DNA of 60,075 bases, the filler included. It is 3 parts of 3 records of this genome, joined end to end, with 100 filler letters (N's around TTAATTAATTAA, not from the genome) between each part and the next. Parts side by side here need not be neighbours in the genome. Positions count along the whole stretch, not along the records: positions 28,371 to 52,106 come from DRR723986_3132; 2 more parts are not named here. One strand, written 5' to 3'. Shown one piece after another: positions 29,435 to 39,143 of the stretch (the stretch's first letter is position 1; the number at the start of each line of letters is the position of its first letter). The notes below the pieces were generated by a model. That model was not told where the DNA came from, made no database searches, and worked only from the letters and a program-made list of their open reading frames with translations. A program made the position numbers and the translations under genes.

Positions 29435-29914
29435 TTAAGCAGTGGTGATGATGCCGGAACCGTTTTGCTTGGCAGCCTGCTCCTGTGCTGCGGCCAAACG
29501 CTGCTGGTAAAACTGCTCGAAGTTGATATCAGACAAATGAACAGGCGGGAAGCCGGTTCGGGTAATCATATCGGCCACATTGGCGCGCAGGTAGGGATAG
29601 ATCATGTTGGGGCACAGAATGCCCAACAGGGGATCGAACTGCTCCTCAGGTACGTTTGAAATTTCAAAAATACCGGCCTGCTTGCACTCCACCAAAAACG
29701 CCACTTTCTCATCGATTTTGGCAGTCACAGTAACAGTCACTTCCGATTCGAAAATATTCTCGGCCAAGCGTTGTGCACCTACATCTACCGCTACTTCAAT
29801 TTTGGGCGGGTTTTTCTCGAGGAAAATTTGTGGGGCATTGGGCAGTTCCAGAGACGCGTCTTTGATGTACACGCGTTGCATTTGAAAAACTGCTTCTGAA
29901 TTCTGTTCGGCCAT
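29435..29914 (-). CDS. secB: Protein-export chaperone SecB
   Basis: QRVYIKDASLELPNAP, QAGIF and CPNMIYPYLR motifs; canonical synteny. Confidence 0.97.
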   Translation of the reverse strand: MAEQNSEAVFQMQRVYIKDASLELPNAPQIFLEKNPPKIEVAVDVGAQRLAENIFESEVTVTVTAKIDEKVAFLVECKQAGIFEISNVPEEQFDPLLGILCPNMIYPYLRANVADMITRTGFPPVHLSDINFEQFYQQRLAAAQEQAAKQNGSGIITTA

Positions 29915-29956
29915 TTGCTGGCTCCTATGGATTGAATGAATAAGTTTTGAATGAAG

Positions 29957-30232
29957 TTAGCCAGGTTGCCCCAGCAGTGGCAAGAGCTTACCAGCACGAT
30001 CGAGGTCGAACAGGTCATCGCAGCCGCCCACATGTGTACTGCCAATATAAATTTGCGGCACGGTTCGACGACCGGTTTCAGCCATCATTTTTTCTTTCTG
30101 GGATGGGTCGAGATCAACCCGGATTTTTTCAATATTCTGCACGCCGCGCTCGTTGAGCAGGCGTTCCGCACGCACGCAATAGGGGCACACTGCACTGGTG
30201 TACATGCGAACAGGGGCTTGAATGTTGCTCAT
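29957..30232 (-). CDS. grxC: Glutaredoxin 3
   Basis: CPYC, TVPQIYI and GGCDDL motifs; true start is ATG 30232 after AAGGA (the ORF track overextends to 30400). Confidence 0.96.
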   Translation of the reverse strand: MSNIQAPVRMYTSAVCPYCVRAERLLNERGVQNIEKIRVDLDPSQKEKMMAETGRRTVPQIYIGSTHVGGCDDLFDLDRAGKLLPLLGQPG

Positions 30233-30275
30233 GTGTATTCCTTGACTACTGTGTTGACTGCGACCGCATTTGCTC

Positions 30276-30755
30276 TCACTTGGCAATCTGTTTGGTGGCC
30301 TTGGGTGTTTTGGCCTTGGGCGCGACCTCGGCTGCATCTTGTGCCTTTTTAACCGGCAAGCCAGCCTCTTTCCAGGCATTGATGCCGCCGTCGAGAACAA
30401 ATACGTCGGTGTAACCTGCCGCTTTCAAGACTGTGGCGGCTGCGCCAGAGCGAGCGCCCGTTTGACACAACACGATCAAGGGAGTTTCCTTGGTTTTTGC
30501 CAGAGTGCCGGCTTTTTCTTTCAGGTCTTTGATCGCCATGCGCTTTGAATTGGGCACAACACCTGAATTCTTGACGAAGTCATCGTCCCGAATGTCAACC
30601 AGCACTGCTTTCTTTTGGTTGATCAACAGCGTGGCTTGGGGCACTGTGACACGAGTACCGCCACCTTTGGTCAGCAAGGGCCAAATCAACATGAGGCCAG
30701 AGCCAAAGGCCAAGGCGATGAGCCAACTGTTTTGAATCAGAAATTCCTGCGACAT
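30276..30755 (-). CDS. Membrane-anchored rhodanese-like protein (YibN-like)
   Basis: N-terminal TM, LVDIR, CQTGARS and LDGGINAW motifs; conserved position upstream of grxC-secB-gpsA. Confidence 0.92.
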   Translation of the reverse strand: MSQEFLIQNSWLIALAFGSGLMLIWPLLTKGGGTRVTVPQATLLINQKKAVLVDIRDDDFVKNSGVVPNSKRMAIKDLKEKAGTLAKTKETPLIVLCQTGARSGAAATVLKAAGYTDVFVLDGGINAWKEAGLPVKKAQDAAEVAPKAKTPKATKQIAK

Positions 30756-30790
30756 AAATCCTGCAATGAGTGGGTCTTGATGGATTGGTC

Positions 30791-30819
30791 ATTATATCCC
30801 CTTGAATCGAGGCTAAAAT
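30791..30819. promoter_or_regulatory. Candidate overlapping divergent sigma70 -10 elements
   Basis: TATAAT on the minus strand (30791-30796) and TAAAAT on the plus strand (30814-30819), 17 bp apart, in the 105-bp divergent gap; no clear -35 boxes. Confidence 0.4.
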
Positions 30820-30860
30820 GGAGGTTTGCCTAATTAGACAGCAACTTAAAGGCCACAAAC

Positions 30861-31607
30861 ATGTACAAACTCGTATTGATGCGCCATGGCGAAAGCCAAT
30901 GGAACCTGGAAAACCGCTTTACTGGCTGGGCCGACGTGGACTTGACCGACAAAGGCCGCGAAGAAGCGCGCAAGGCAGGCGACCTGCTGAAAGCGGAGGG
31001 CTACAGCTTTGACGTGGCGTATACCTCTGTTTTGAAACGCGCCATTCGCACCCTTTGGATTGCCCTGGACCAAATGGACCAGATGTGGCTACCGGTTGTG
31101 CACGCCTGGCGCTTGAACGAGCGCCATTACGGCGACTTGCAGGGCTTGAACAAATCAGAGACCGCAGCCAAGTTTGGCGAGGAGCAGGTGTTGATCTGGC
31201 GTCGTGCCTACGCCATTGCACCCAACCCGCTGAAGGTGGACGACCCCCGTTTTGCGGGCAAAGACCCCCGCTACGCCAAGCTGAAACCCGAGGAGATTCC
31301 ACTCACCGAGTGCCTGAAAGACACTGTGGATCGTGTAATCCCCCTTTGGAAAGAGGGTATCGCTCCGGCCATTAAAGCAGGCAAGAAGGTGTTGATTGCT
31401 GCACACGGCAATTCATTGCGTGCGCTGATCAAGTACCTGGACAATCTCAGCGAAGAGGAAATCTTGCAGGTGAACATTCCAACCGCACGCCCCTTGGTGT
31501 ACGAACTGGACGAAAACCTGAAACCAATTCGCAGCTACTACCTGGGCGACCAGGCTGAAATTGAAGCGGCCATGGCTGCCGTGAAAAACCAGGGAAAGGC
31601 CAAGTAA
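30861..31607 (+). CDS. gpmA: 2,3-bisphosphoglycerate-dependent phosphoglycerate mutase
   Basis: [17 protein letters not shown] and AAHGNSLR motifs. Confidence 0.98.
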   Translation: MYKLVLMRHGESQWNLENRFTGWADVDLTDKGREEARKAGDLLKAEGYSFDVAYTSVLKRAIRTLWIALDQMDQMWLPVVHAWRLNERHYGDLQGLNKSETAAKFGEEQVLIWRRAYAIAPNPLKVDDPRFAGKDPRYAKLKPEEIPLTECLKDTVDRVIPLWKEGIAPAIKAGKKVLIAAHGNSLRALIKYLDNLSEEEILQVNIPTARPLVYELDENLKPIRSYYLGDQAEIEAAMAAVKNQGKAK

Positions 31608-31613
31608 GTTCAG

Positions 31614-32915
31614 GTGCGTAACTATTCCAAGTTGATTCGTTGTACCCGTGGCGGGCTTGGTGCAGCATTGGCCTTGCTCACCTTGACCGCCAGCGAGCCT
31701 GCTCGGGCGCAAAGCAGTGTGCGCGACCCGGCGGGTGTTCGACAGGAACGCGACGAAGTGCGCCGAAAACTGGATGCATTGAAGAAGGAAATCAATGAAA
31801 CCAGTGGCGAGAAAAAGCAGGCGGCCAAGGCCCTCAACCTGCTTGAACAACGTCTTGAAAAAACCCAGAACCGCTTGAAGGCACTTGACCAGGATCGGGA
31901 TGCGCTTGAGACAGACATCCAAAAGCTGAGCCGGGACGAAGCGCAACTTCAAAAGGACCTGGAGAGCACTCAGACAAGGCTGGCGGAAGTGATGCGTAAC
32001 CAGTACCGCCGGGTTGAAGTGAACCCGACACAGGCTTGGCTGGCGGGCAAGTCTGCCAGCGAAGCGGCACGGGAAAGTTACTGGTATGAACGAATTTCAG
32101 CGGCCGAACGCGATTTGGCTGCTCAGCAAGCGGCTCAAGCTCGTGAACTCGAGTCAATTCGGCTGGGTCTGGAGAAAAAGCAGGAGCGACTCGAGAATAC
32201 GATCGCGGATCAGAACAAAAGCCAGCGGGAATTGGTGGCACAACGCGAAGAACGCAACCAGTTGATCGCCGATTTGAATTCAAAGTTGAAAAACCAGGAG
32301 CTTGAACGAAAGCGCCTGCAACGCGACGAGGCACGTTTAAGCAATGTCATTACCGAATTGACCCGGGCCATTGAGGAAGCCAAACGCAAGCAGGCACTGG
32401 CGGCGCAACAACAAAAGCAACAAGGCCAGTCGGGCACTTCGCCCAAATCGACAGGAAAAGCACCATCCACACCGGATTACTCACCCCCGCCGCCCATGCC
32501 CAGTACGGGTGAATTTGCAAAGCTGAAAGGCCGGTTGGTGTTGCCAGTGCAAGGCACCGTGGCAGGCCAGTTCGGTCAAACGCGATCCAAAGACGGGCAA
32601 GGCCCATCCTGGAAGGGGATTTTTATCGCCACCGAGGCGGGGCAGGCAGTTCGCGCTGTTGCAGCGGGGCGCGTGGTGTTCTCTGAGTGGCTGCGAGGAT
32701 TTGGCGAAATTGTGATCATTGACCACGGCGACCAGTTTTTGAGCGTTTATGGCAACAATGGTAAATTAATGAAAAGATCAGGGGATTCCGTGAAAGCGGG
32801 TGACACCATTGCTGAAACTGGCAACAGCAGTGGTAATCTTGATACAGGTTTATACTTTGAACTAAGGCATCAGGGACAACCCTTCGATCCTATTTCGTGG
32901 ACCAAAGGTCGGTAG
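31614..32915 (+). CDS. envC: EnvC-like murein hydrolase activator (coiled coil + degenerate M23 domain)
   Basis: Signal peptide, long coiled coil, WKGIFI...YGNN...LYFELR; lacks the HxxxD/HxH zinc ligands, as EnvC does. Confidence 0.9.
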   Translation: MRNYSKLIRCTRGGLGAALALLTLTASEPARAQSSVRDPAGVRQERDEVRRKLDALKKEINETSGEKKQAAKALNLLEQRLEKTQNRLKALDQDRDALETDIQKLSRDEAQLQKDLESTQTRLAEVMRNQYRRVEVNPTQAWLAGKSASEAARESYWYERISAAERDLAAQQAAQARELESIRLGLEKKQERLENTIADQNKSQRELVAQREERNQLIADLNSKLKNQELERKRLQRDEARLSNVITELTRAIEEAKRKQALAAQQQKQQGQSGTSPKSTGKAPSTPDYSPPPPMPSTGEFAKLKGRLVLPVQGTVAGQFGQTRSKDGQGPSWKGIFIATEAGQAVRAVAAGRVVFSEWLRGFGEIVIIDHGDQFLSVYGNNGKLMKRSGDSVKAGDTIAETGNSSGNLDTGLYFELRHQGQPFDPISWTKGR

Positions 32916-32920
32916 GAATT

Positions 32921-34306
32921 ATGCGTCAAAAATTGCGGCAAATCAGTTTGGTATCAGTCGGTGTAGTGGCCGGCGTGTTGGTCAGCGTGGGTATTAGCGC
33001 GGTGGCCCAACGGCAGCAGCCCGAAGCGTTGCCATTGAGTGAGCTGCGCCAGTTCACCGAGGTTTTTGGCGCAATCAAGAGTTTCTATGTGGAACCTGTG
33101 GGCGACGACAAGCTCTTCAATGGGGCCATCAGCGGCATGGTGTCCAACCTGGACCCGCACTCCAGCTACCTGGATGCAGAGGCCTTCAAAGAGCTTCGCG
33201 TCGGCACGCAGGGTGAATTTGGTGGCTTGGGCATTGAGGTGGGTACAGAAGACGGCTTTGTGAAGGTGATTTCACCGATTGAAGACACCCCAGCTGCAAA
33301 AGCAGGCGTGAAGGCCGGTGACCTCATCGTGAAGATTGATGACAAGCCGACGAAAGGCATGAGCCTGTCCGACGCTGTCAATTTAATGCGCGGCAAACCC
33401 AAAACTGAAATCCGCCTGACCCTGATTCGCAAAGAAGTAGAAAAGCCAATCGAAGTCAAAATTATCCGTGATGTCATTCGTGTTCAAAGCGTGAAGTCCA
33501 AAATGCTGGACGATGGCATTGGATACGTTCGAATTACACAATTTCAGGAACACACTGGCGAATATCTGGTGAAAGCCATCAACACCCTGCAAGCCAAAAC
33601 ACCGATGAAAGGTTTGGTGCTGGATTTGCGCAACGATCCGGGTGGCTTGCTGAATGCCGCTGTGGGCGTCAGCGCGGCGTTTTTGCCGCAAAACACCTTG
33701 GTGGTCTCTACCGACGGGCGCACTGAGGACTCCCAGCGCAAACTGGTGGCCGGGCCGGAAGACTACCTGCGTGGCCGGGAGAAAGACTATCTGAAAGAGT
33801 TGCACCCGGTTGCCAAAACAGTACCCATGATTGTGGTGGTGAATGGCGGCTCGGCCTCGGCTTCTGAAATTGTGGCAGGCGCCCTGCAAGACCATGGCCG
33901 CGCCAAAGTGCTGGGCACTCAAACATTCGGCAAGGGCTCGGTACAAACAATTTTGCCGCTGAACAACAACACCGCGATCAAACTGACTACAGCGCGTTAC
34001 TACACACCGAGTGGTCGCAGCATTCAGGCCAAAGGGATTGAACCCGATTTCGTGGTGACAGAGACACCGGAAGGCGACATTGTTGAACGCGTTCGTGAGG
34101 CGGACCTGACACGCCATTTGAGCAACGACAAAGGTGAAGAGACACCAAGCTCAAAAAGTGCTGACACCAACAAGAACGCGGACATGAAGCCCATTGTGTT
34201 TGGCGAGAAAGACGATTACCAGTTGCAGCAAGCCCTGAATTACCTGAAGGGCAAGCCCGTGGTGCAAAACCGCAAGGCTGCGCAGACCGCCAAGTCCGTC
34301 AAATAA
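32921..34306 (+). CDS. ctpA: S41A C-terminal processing peptidase
   Basis: LDPHS, PDZ GLGIEV, DLRNDPGG, SASASEIV and TFGKGSVQ motifs. Confidence 0.95.
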   Translation: MRQKLRQISLVSVGVVAGVLVSVGISAVAQRQQPEALPLSELRQFTEVFGAIKSFYVEPVGDDKLFNGAISGMVSNLDPHSSYLDAEAFKELRVGTQGEFGGLGIEVGTEDGFVKVISPIEDTPAAKAGVKAGDLIVKIDDKPTKGMSLSDAVNLMRGKPKTEIRLTLIRKEVEKPIEVKIIRDVIRVQSVKSKMLDDGIGYVRITQFQEHTGEYLVKAINTLQAKTPMKGLVLDLRNDPGGLLNAAVGVSAAFLPQNTLVVSTDGRTEDSQRKLVAGPEDYLRGREKDYLKELHPVAKTVPMIVVVNGGSASASEIVAGALQDHGRAKVLGTQTFGKGSVQTILPLNNNTAIKLTTARYYTPSGRSIQAKGIEPDFVVTETPEGDIVERVREADLTRHLSNDKGEETPSSKSADTNKNADMKPIVFGEKDDYQLQQALNYLKGKPVVQNRKAAQTAKSVK

Positions 34307-34323
34307 GCCTCCATGACAACGGC

Positions 34324-35091
34324 TTGAACGTGGAACTGCGGGATTTGAATGACGAGGAGTTACTTCGGTACTCCCGTCACATTCTTCTGGATGAAATCGG
34401 CATCGAGGGTCAATCGCGCATTGCCAGTGCCAAAGTGCTGGTGGTGGGTGCAGGTGGCTTGGGTTGCCCGAGTGCGCTGTATTTGGCCAGTGCGGGCGTG
34501 GGCACTATTTATATCGCAGACGACGATGAAGTCGACCTCACCAACCTGCAACGACAAGTGTTGCACACCACTGCGCGTGTGGGCATGGCCAAGGTGGAAT
34601 CGGCCAAAACCCACTTGAATGAACTGAACCCATGCAGCACCGTTGTGCCCATTGCGCACCGTCTTGAAGGCGAAGAACTGGAGCAGTTGGTTGCGCAAGT
34701 GGATGTAGTGCTGGACTGCTGCGACAATTTTAAAACCCGCCACGCAGTGAACCGCGCCTGTGTAAAGTTCGGCAAGCCACTGGTTTCTGGTGCGGCCATT
34801 CGGCTGGATGGCCAGCTGGCCGTGTTCGAACTGAATAATCCGCAAGCGCCCTGCTACCACTGCCTGTTCCCCGAAGGCGATGATGTGTCGGAAGTGCGTT
34901 GCGCCACCATGGGTGTTTTTGCGCCACTGACCGGCGTGATCGGTACGCTGCAAGCCAGCGAGGCACTGAAGATTCTGGCTGGTTTTGGCCAGCCCATGTA
35001 CGGCACCCTGCAAATTTACGACTCTCGCAGTTGCGAATTCACGAAAATGAAAATTCGCAAAGACCCCAAGTGCGCCGTGTGTAACACCTAA
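34324..35091 (+). CDS. moeB: MoeB/ThiF-family adenylyltransferase
   Basis: RYSRH, GAGGLG, NLQRQ, CYHC and C-terminal CAVC motifs. Confidence 0.88.
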   Translation: MNVELRDLNDEELLRYSRHILLDEIGIEGQSRIASAKVLVVGAGGLGCPSALYLASAGVGTIYIADDDEVDLTNLQRQVLHTTARVGMAKVESAKTHLNELNPCSTVVPIAHRLEGEELEQLVAQVDVVLDCCDNFKTRHAVNRACVKFGKPLVSGAAIRLDGQLAVFELNNPQAPCYHCLFPEGDDVSEVRCATMGVFAPLTGVIGTLQASEALKILAGFGQPMYGTLQIYDSRSCEFTKMKIRKDPKCAVCNT

Positions 35092-35780
35092 AATTTCGCG
35101 GTGCGAATGGCTTCAAACTGCCGGATGCGGTGTTTGACTTTGCCGGTGAGTTGCCGGGGCTTGAACCCCAACCCGGGGAAGGTGATCCAGCTGGTTTGAA
35201 TGCCATGCCTGGCGGCCTGCTCAAGGTGCCCGAAGGTGTCGTCGACCAGCAAAGCCCGCTTGCCTTTCAACTTGCTCTTCAGATTGGGCCACAGAATGTT
35301 GGCTGGCTTGGGTCGCCAGGTTTGGTGAACCACCATGTCTTCGATCGCGATGACGGCGTGCAAATGCCGGTACAAACCCATTTCCTTGCACAATGCAACT
35401 GCATAGGCGCGGGGCGCATTGGTCAGCATGATGCGCAGCCCTGGCAATTTGCTTAGTCGGTGAGGCACACTGCCGTGGCGCGAGCTCAGTTTCTTCAAAC
35501 CCTCGAAACGATGTGTACTGGCCAAAAAATGATGAGGGTTGGTTTGATGGTGGCGCATCATGCCCAGCAAGGTGGCACCATAGCGAAGCCAGTACTGGGT
35601 GCGCAACTCGCTGGCGCGCTGAGGGTCTAACTCGAGGTGTTCGGCCAGATAATGCGTCATTTGCCGATTGATCTCGGGCAGAATGTGCGTTGACGCGTGG
35701 TGAAGGGTGTTGTCCAGATCAAGCAAATACACTTTGCCAGACAGGCCCGCATGGGGGCGACGAATATAACGAATGCGCAA
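35088..35780 (-). CDS. HAD-superfamily pyrimidine 5'-nucleotidase-like hydrolase
   Basis: DLDNTL motif I, YGATL.G, LTNAP, PKP and VDD; start uncertain (TTG 35780 or GTG 35732). Confidence 0.87.
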   Translation of the reverse strand: MRIRYIRRPHAGLSGKVYLLDLDNTLHHASTHILPEINRQMTHYLAEHLELDPQRASELRTQYWLRYGATLLGMMRHHQTNPHHFLASTHRFEGLKKLSSRHGSVPHRLSKLPGLRIMLTNAPRAYAVALCKEMGLYRHLHAVIAIEDMVVHQTWRPKPANILWPNLKSKLKGKRALLVDDTFGHLEQAARHGIQTSWITFPGLGFKPRQLTGKVKHRIRQFEAIRTAKF

Positions 35781-35785
35781 AACGA

Positions 35786-36256
35786 ATGAACCTGAAGTTG
35801 AGTTTTCATCCCGAATTTTGTCAGGACACTTTGTGTCATTCTGACACCGCGCTGCGATGCGGTCTAGACAACAGTTGCCCTCCGGAGCTGCTGGGCAACC
35901 TGAGCAGGCTTTCTGCCTTGCTGGGCGAAATACAAAGGTCCCTGAATATCCGCTGTGGTGCGTTAAAGATTAACAGTGGGTTCAGGGCACAGGCCTTGAA
36001 TGAGAAAGTGGGCGGAGTGCCCAACTCGCAGCACTGCGTGGGGCTGGCGGCTGATGTGGTGTGCCCTGAATTCGGTAGCCCCTGTGATTTGGCATTGGCG
36101 ATTGCACAATTGCCATGTGAATTTGATCAACTGATTCTGGAGTTTGGCAAATGGGTGCATGTATCCGCTGCACCGCTGGGCCAAACACCCAGACGAGAGT
36201 GTCTTAGCATTTTCAGCAAAGACGAAGGTTATCTGGAAGGTATCGTGAAGCGATGA
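35786..36256 (+). CDS. Peptidase M15A-like (D-Ala-D-Ala carboxypeptidase / endolysin fold)
   Basis: SDTA.R.GLDN, SGFR...LN..VGG, SQHxxGxAAD, FDQLILE and WVHVS zinc-binding motifs. Confidence 0.88.
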   Translation: MNLKLSFHPEFCQDTLCHSDTALRCGLDNSCPPELLGNLSRLSALLGEIQRSLNIRCGALKINSGFRAQALNEKVGGVPNSQHCVGLAADVVCPEFGSPCDLALAIAQLPCEFDQLILEFGKWVHVSAAPLGQTPRRECLSIFSKDEGYLEGIVKR

Positions 36257-37026
36257 TTATCACCAAAAAAACAATGATCAAAATCAGCACCGTTGCCCTG
36301 CTCGGCCTGAGCAGCGTGGGCAGCACTTGGGCCGCAGACACCACTTGTAGGGGCATGGGCAAGCAGGTGATTGATACAGACCTGAGGTTTTCATTGACGC
36401 ACAGTCAAATTCCTGGCGAATTGGCCATTAGTACCCACAAAATGCGGGTTGCGGGTACGCAGTACAAACTTGAATCAACTTCGCAGGCCAAAGGCTTCTT
36501 GGCTTTGTTGTACTCGGGCCAATTAACCCAGAAAAGCGAAGGTCTGGTAGATGCACAATTGGGTTTGACACCCTTTTACTACGCCGAGCAACGTGGCAAA
36601 AAACCGGTGGCGGAAAGTATGCTGAATGCCGAAACGCAGCAGGTGCTGTTCAAGCGCAATGGTGAGTCTGCGCCGTATGAAAAAGGGCTGCAGGACCGAA
36701 TCAGCATGATTTATCAGATCGCAGCGCGTTTGCGCTGCAGCGCTGACCTGAAAACGGGCGATACCTTGACCATGCGGGTCATGAGCACCGGGCGCGTGGG
36801 CAATGAGGTGTTTGTTCTGAAAAAAGCTCAAGACCTAACGCTGGACTTCGGCAAAGGCGAGCGCCGAGTGAGTACCTTGCAATTTGAAACCAAACCGGAA
36901 GACGCAGGCGACGAAATTGTGCGAATTTGGTATGCCAAAGATTTGAACTGGCAGCCTGCAAAAATAGAAATTCAGGATGCCGACGGCAAGGCCTTGATCC
37001 AAACCCTGATTGGTGTTGGCACTTAA
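36253..37026 (+). CDS. DUF3108-like exported protein
   Basis: Signal peptide, SEG...GL.P..Y...RG, QDRISM.YQ and IWYA...WQPAKI motifs; ATGA overlap with the M15A gene. Confidence 0.75.
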   Translation: MIITKKTMIKISTVALLGLSSVGSTWAADTTCRGMGKQVIDTDLRFSLTHSQIPGELAISTHKMRVAGTQYKLESTSQAKGFLALLYSGQLTQKSEGLVDAQLGLTPFYYAEQRGKKPVAESMLNAETQQVLFKRNGESAPYEKGLQDRISMIYQIAARLRCSADLKTGDTLTMRVMSTGRVGNEVFVLKKAQDLTLDFGKGERRVSTLQFETKPEDAGDEIVRIWYAKDLNWQPAKIEIQDADGKALIQTLIGVGT

Positions 37027-37508
37027 CCGCTGGAAGGCACGCGGCGCAGCAAGTTGGGATCTGCTTCAAGAATAGGCAAGTTGACCTGATGACGCTGCCC
37101 GCTGCGACGCATGACTGCAAAGGTTGGACCTACTTCCTCCAGCGTCCAACCGTTGGCCACTTCATCGCCCACCCGTTTGGACTGCGCGGGCTGCCCTTCA
37201 ATTGACATGACCGCGGCACCTTTGCCTTCGCTGTTCGCGAAAATGCCCAACAAATTCACTGATGGCGGCGTGAGGCCGCCCGCCGTTTCAACGCCCATGA
37301 GCCGCGCTTCGGGCGACTGGTCGATTTGATAATTTGCCGAGGCCTGCGCAGGCATGGCGGGGGCGACCACGGGTGCAGGTGCGAACAACTTGATCAACAC
37401 CCACACAGCCAGCCCCACTGTGCCCAACCACAACACCATTCTCAATCCCTGAACAAGTCTGGGCGACATGCTGAACTGAACAACGGGCTTTTTCAATGCA
37501 AGTTTCAT
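37023..37508 (-). CDS. gspC: Type II secretion protein GspC-like (TM + HR domain, no PDZ)
   Basis: TM helix, LLGIFA...GAAV.SIEG...VGDEV...L.EV; divergent from gspG. Start 37508 or 37470. Confidence 0.75.
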   Translation of the reverse strand: MKLALKKPVVQFSMSPRLVQGLRMVLWLGTVGLAVWVLIKLFAPAPVVAPAMPAQASANYQIDQSPEARLMGVETAGGLTPPSVNLLGIFANSEGKGAAVMSIEGQPAQSKRVGDEVANGWTLEEVGPTFAVMRRSGQRHQVNLPILEADPNLLRRVPSSG

Positions 37509-37566
37509 GAGGCGAAGTGAAGTGACACACTGGAGAGCATCATAACCCGCAAGGTGGTCCGAATTC

Positions 37567-37605
37567 AAAAAAAAACCGGACAACCCGCGAGGGTGACCGG
37601 TTTTT
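37567..37605 (-). terminator. Intrinsic terminator, U9 on the minus strand and U5 on the plus strand
   Basis: Minus strand reads AAAAACCGGTCACCC-TCGC-GGGTTGTCCGG-TTTTTTTTT. Confidence 0.8.
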
Positions 37606-37838
37606 AAGCCATGCTTCAAGGGTTGTCGGCAACCTGAGTTGCCCACGCTAGAAGTATGCGCACGTAAGAACACCTAAGAAAGACCCTATTTACGTGACAA
37701 AGGTAAAGGTTTTACTGATTACCCGAAAGCGGGGGGATTTTGACCAGCTTGCAACGGTGGTGCGGGCTGCTGTCAAATATTCATAAAATGGGTGTAACCT
37801 TCAGCAAGGATAATTCTGGATCTTCTCGACGGTTGTTT

Positions 37839-38288
37839 ATGAAAAAACTAAATTCGCTTCAAGGCAAAACACAAAATCGGGGTTTTACCCTGATCGAAAT
37901 CATGGTGGTTGTAGTCATTCTTGGTATTCTCGCCACGCTGGTGGTTCCAAAAATCATGGGGCGCCCTGACGAGGCCCGTGTGGTCGCAGCCAAACAAGAT
38001 ATCGCATCAGTGATGCAGGCACTGAACCTGTACCGGCTGGACAACAGCCGCTACCCCACCACGGAGCAAGGCCTGCAGGCCTTGGTGACTCCTCCAACCA
38101 CGGAACCCGTACCACGCAATTACAAGCAAGGTGGCTATTTGTCGCGCCTGCCAGTTGACCCTTGGGGCAGCAACTACCAGTTTTTGAGCCCTGGGATTAA
38201 CGGCGAAGTGGATGTAATGAGCTTTGGTGCAGATGGCAAAGCCGGTGGTGAGGGCGTGAATGCCGACATTGGTTCGTGGAGCCTCTAA
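37839..38288 (+). CDS. gspG: T2SS major pseudopilin
   Basis: [30 protein letters not shown] and GADG..GGEG..ADI motifs. Confidence 0.97.
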   Translation: MKKLNSLQGKTQNRGFTLIEIMVVVVILGILATLVVPKIMGRPDEARVVAAKQDIASVMQALNLYRLDNSRYPTTEQGLQALVTPPTTEPVPRNYKQGGYLSRLPVDPWGSNYQFLSPGINGEVDVMSFGADGKAGGEGVNADIGSWSL

Positions 38289-38772
38289 GCAGGGATTCAC
38301 CCTGCTCGAATTGCTGGTGGTGATCGTCGTGTTGTCGATCGCCGCTGGCCTTATTGTTGTGCGCGGTACACCTGGCGATTCCAATTACTTGGAATCGGAC
38401 GCCAAAAAGTTGTCGCAACTGCTGAGAATTGCACAGCAAGAATCTTTACTGAAATCCAAAGACATTCGCTTTGTAGCCGGGGATGAAGGCTACACCTTCG
38501 AAGAATTCACCGGCAGCCGATGGGTGCCAGTGACCACCGAGCCACTGCTGCGCCCCCGCCTTTGGGACAACGGCCCATTCAAGGTGACTTTGATCAACGA
38601 GGGCCTTGAAAACAAATTCCTGACCCTGGAAAGCCAGGTGGGCTTGAAGCGCCAGGCCATTGTGCTTCAACGCAACCAGGTACAAGTGGTTCTGGAGAGC
38701 CAGGCCAGCGGTGTATTCAAGGTCAGCAAACCCAGTACCACTGTACTGAACAGGGCCAGTCAAAACCTATGA
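38260..38772 (+). CDS. gspH: T2SS minor pseudopilin H
   Basis: [11 protein letters not shown]; position after gspG. Confidence 0.88.
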   Translation: MPTLVRGASKQGFTLLELLVVIVVLSIAAGLIVVRGTPGDSNYLESDAKKLSQLLRIAQQESLLKSKDIRFVAGDEGYTFEEFTGSRWVPVTTEPLLRPRLWDNGPFKVTLINEGLENKFLTLESQVGLKRQAIVLQRNQVQVVLESQASGVFKVSKPSTTVLNRASQNL

Positions 38773-39143
38773 AGCAGCAGCACGGTTTTACCCTGATTGA
38801 AGCCTTGGTGGCCATGACCATTATTGCAGTGGCCTTGATTGCCTGCCTGAAAGCAGCCGGCAATTTGAACATTCAGCAAGACGAGATGATCAAACGGCAA
38901 TATGCGCAGTGGAGCGCGAAAAATGCCGCCAACTACATTCGGGTTTCCGGGGTTTTTCCGAGCGCACAAACCGCGCAACAATCCTGCCCACAGGGCAATT
39001 TTCGCTTTGTGTGTCGGGTTGAAATTTCCAACACCCCCAACCCGAATTTCCGACGGGTTGAAATTCAGGTACTGGATGCCTTCGAGGGCGAACAAGGCAA
39101 TCAGCTTGCTCGGTTGGTGATTTTCTTGAGCAGCGCGCCATGA
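38769..39143 (+). CDS. gspI: T2SS minor pseudopilin I
   Basis: G|FTLIEALVA, CPQG...C and TPNPNFRRVEI motifs. Confidence 0.92.
   Translation: MKQQHGFTLIEALVAMTIIAVALIACLKAAGNLNIQQDEMIKRQYAQWSAKNAANYIRVSGVFPSAQTAQQSCPQGNFRFVCRVEISNTPNPNFRRVEIQVLDAFEGEQGNQLARLVIFLSSAP

Noticed and set aside
31614..32915. M23 domain lacking zinc ligands as a sign of pseudogenisation
   Set aside because: A degenerate active site is the normal state of EnvC.
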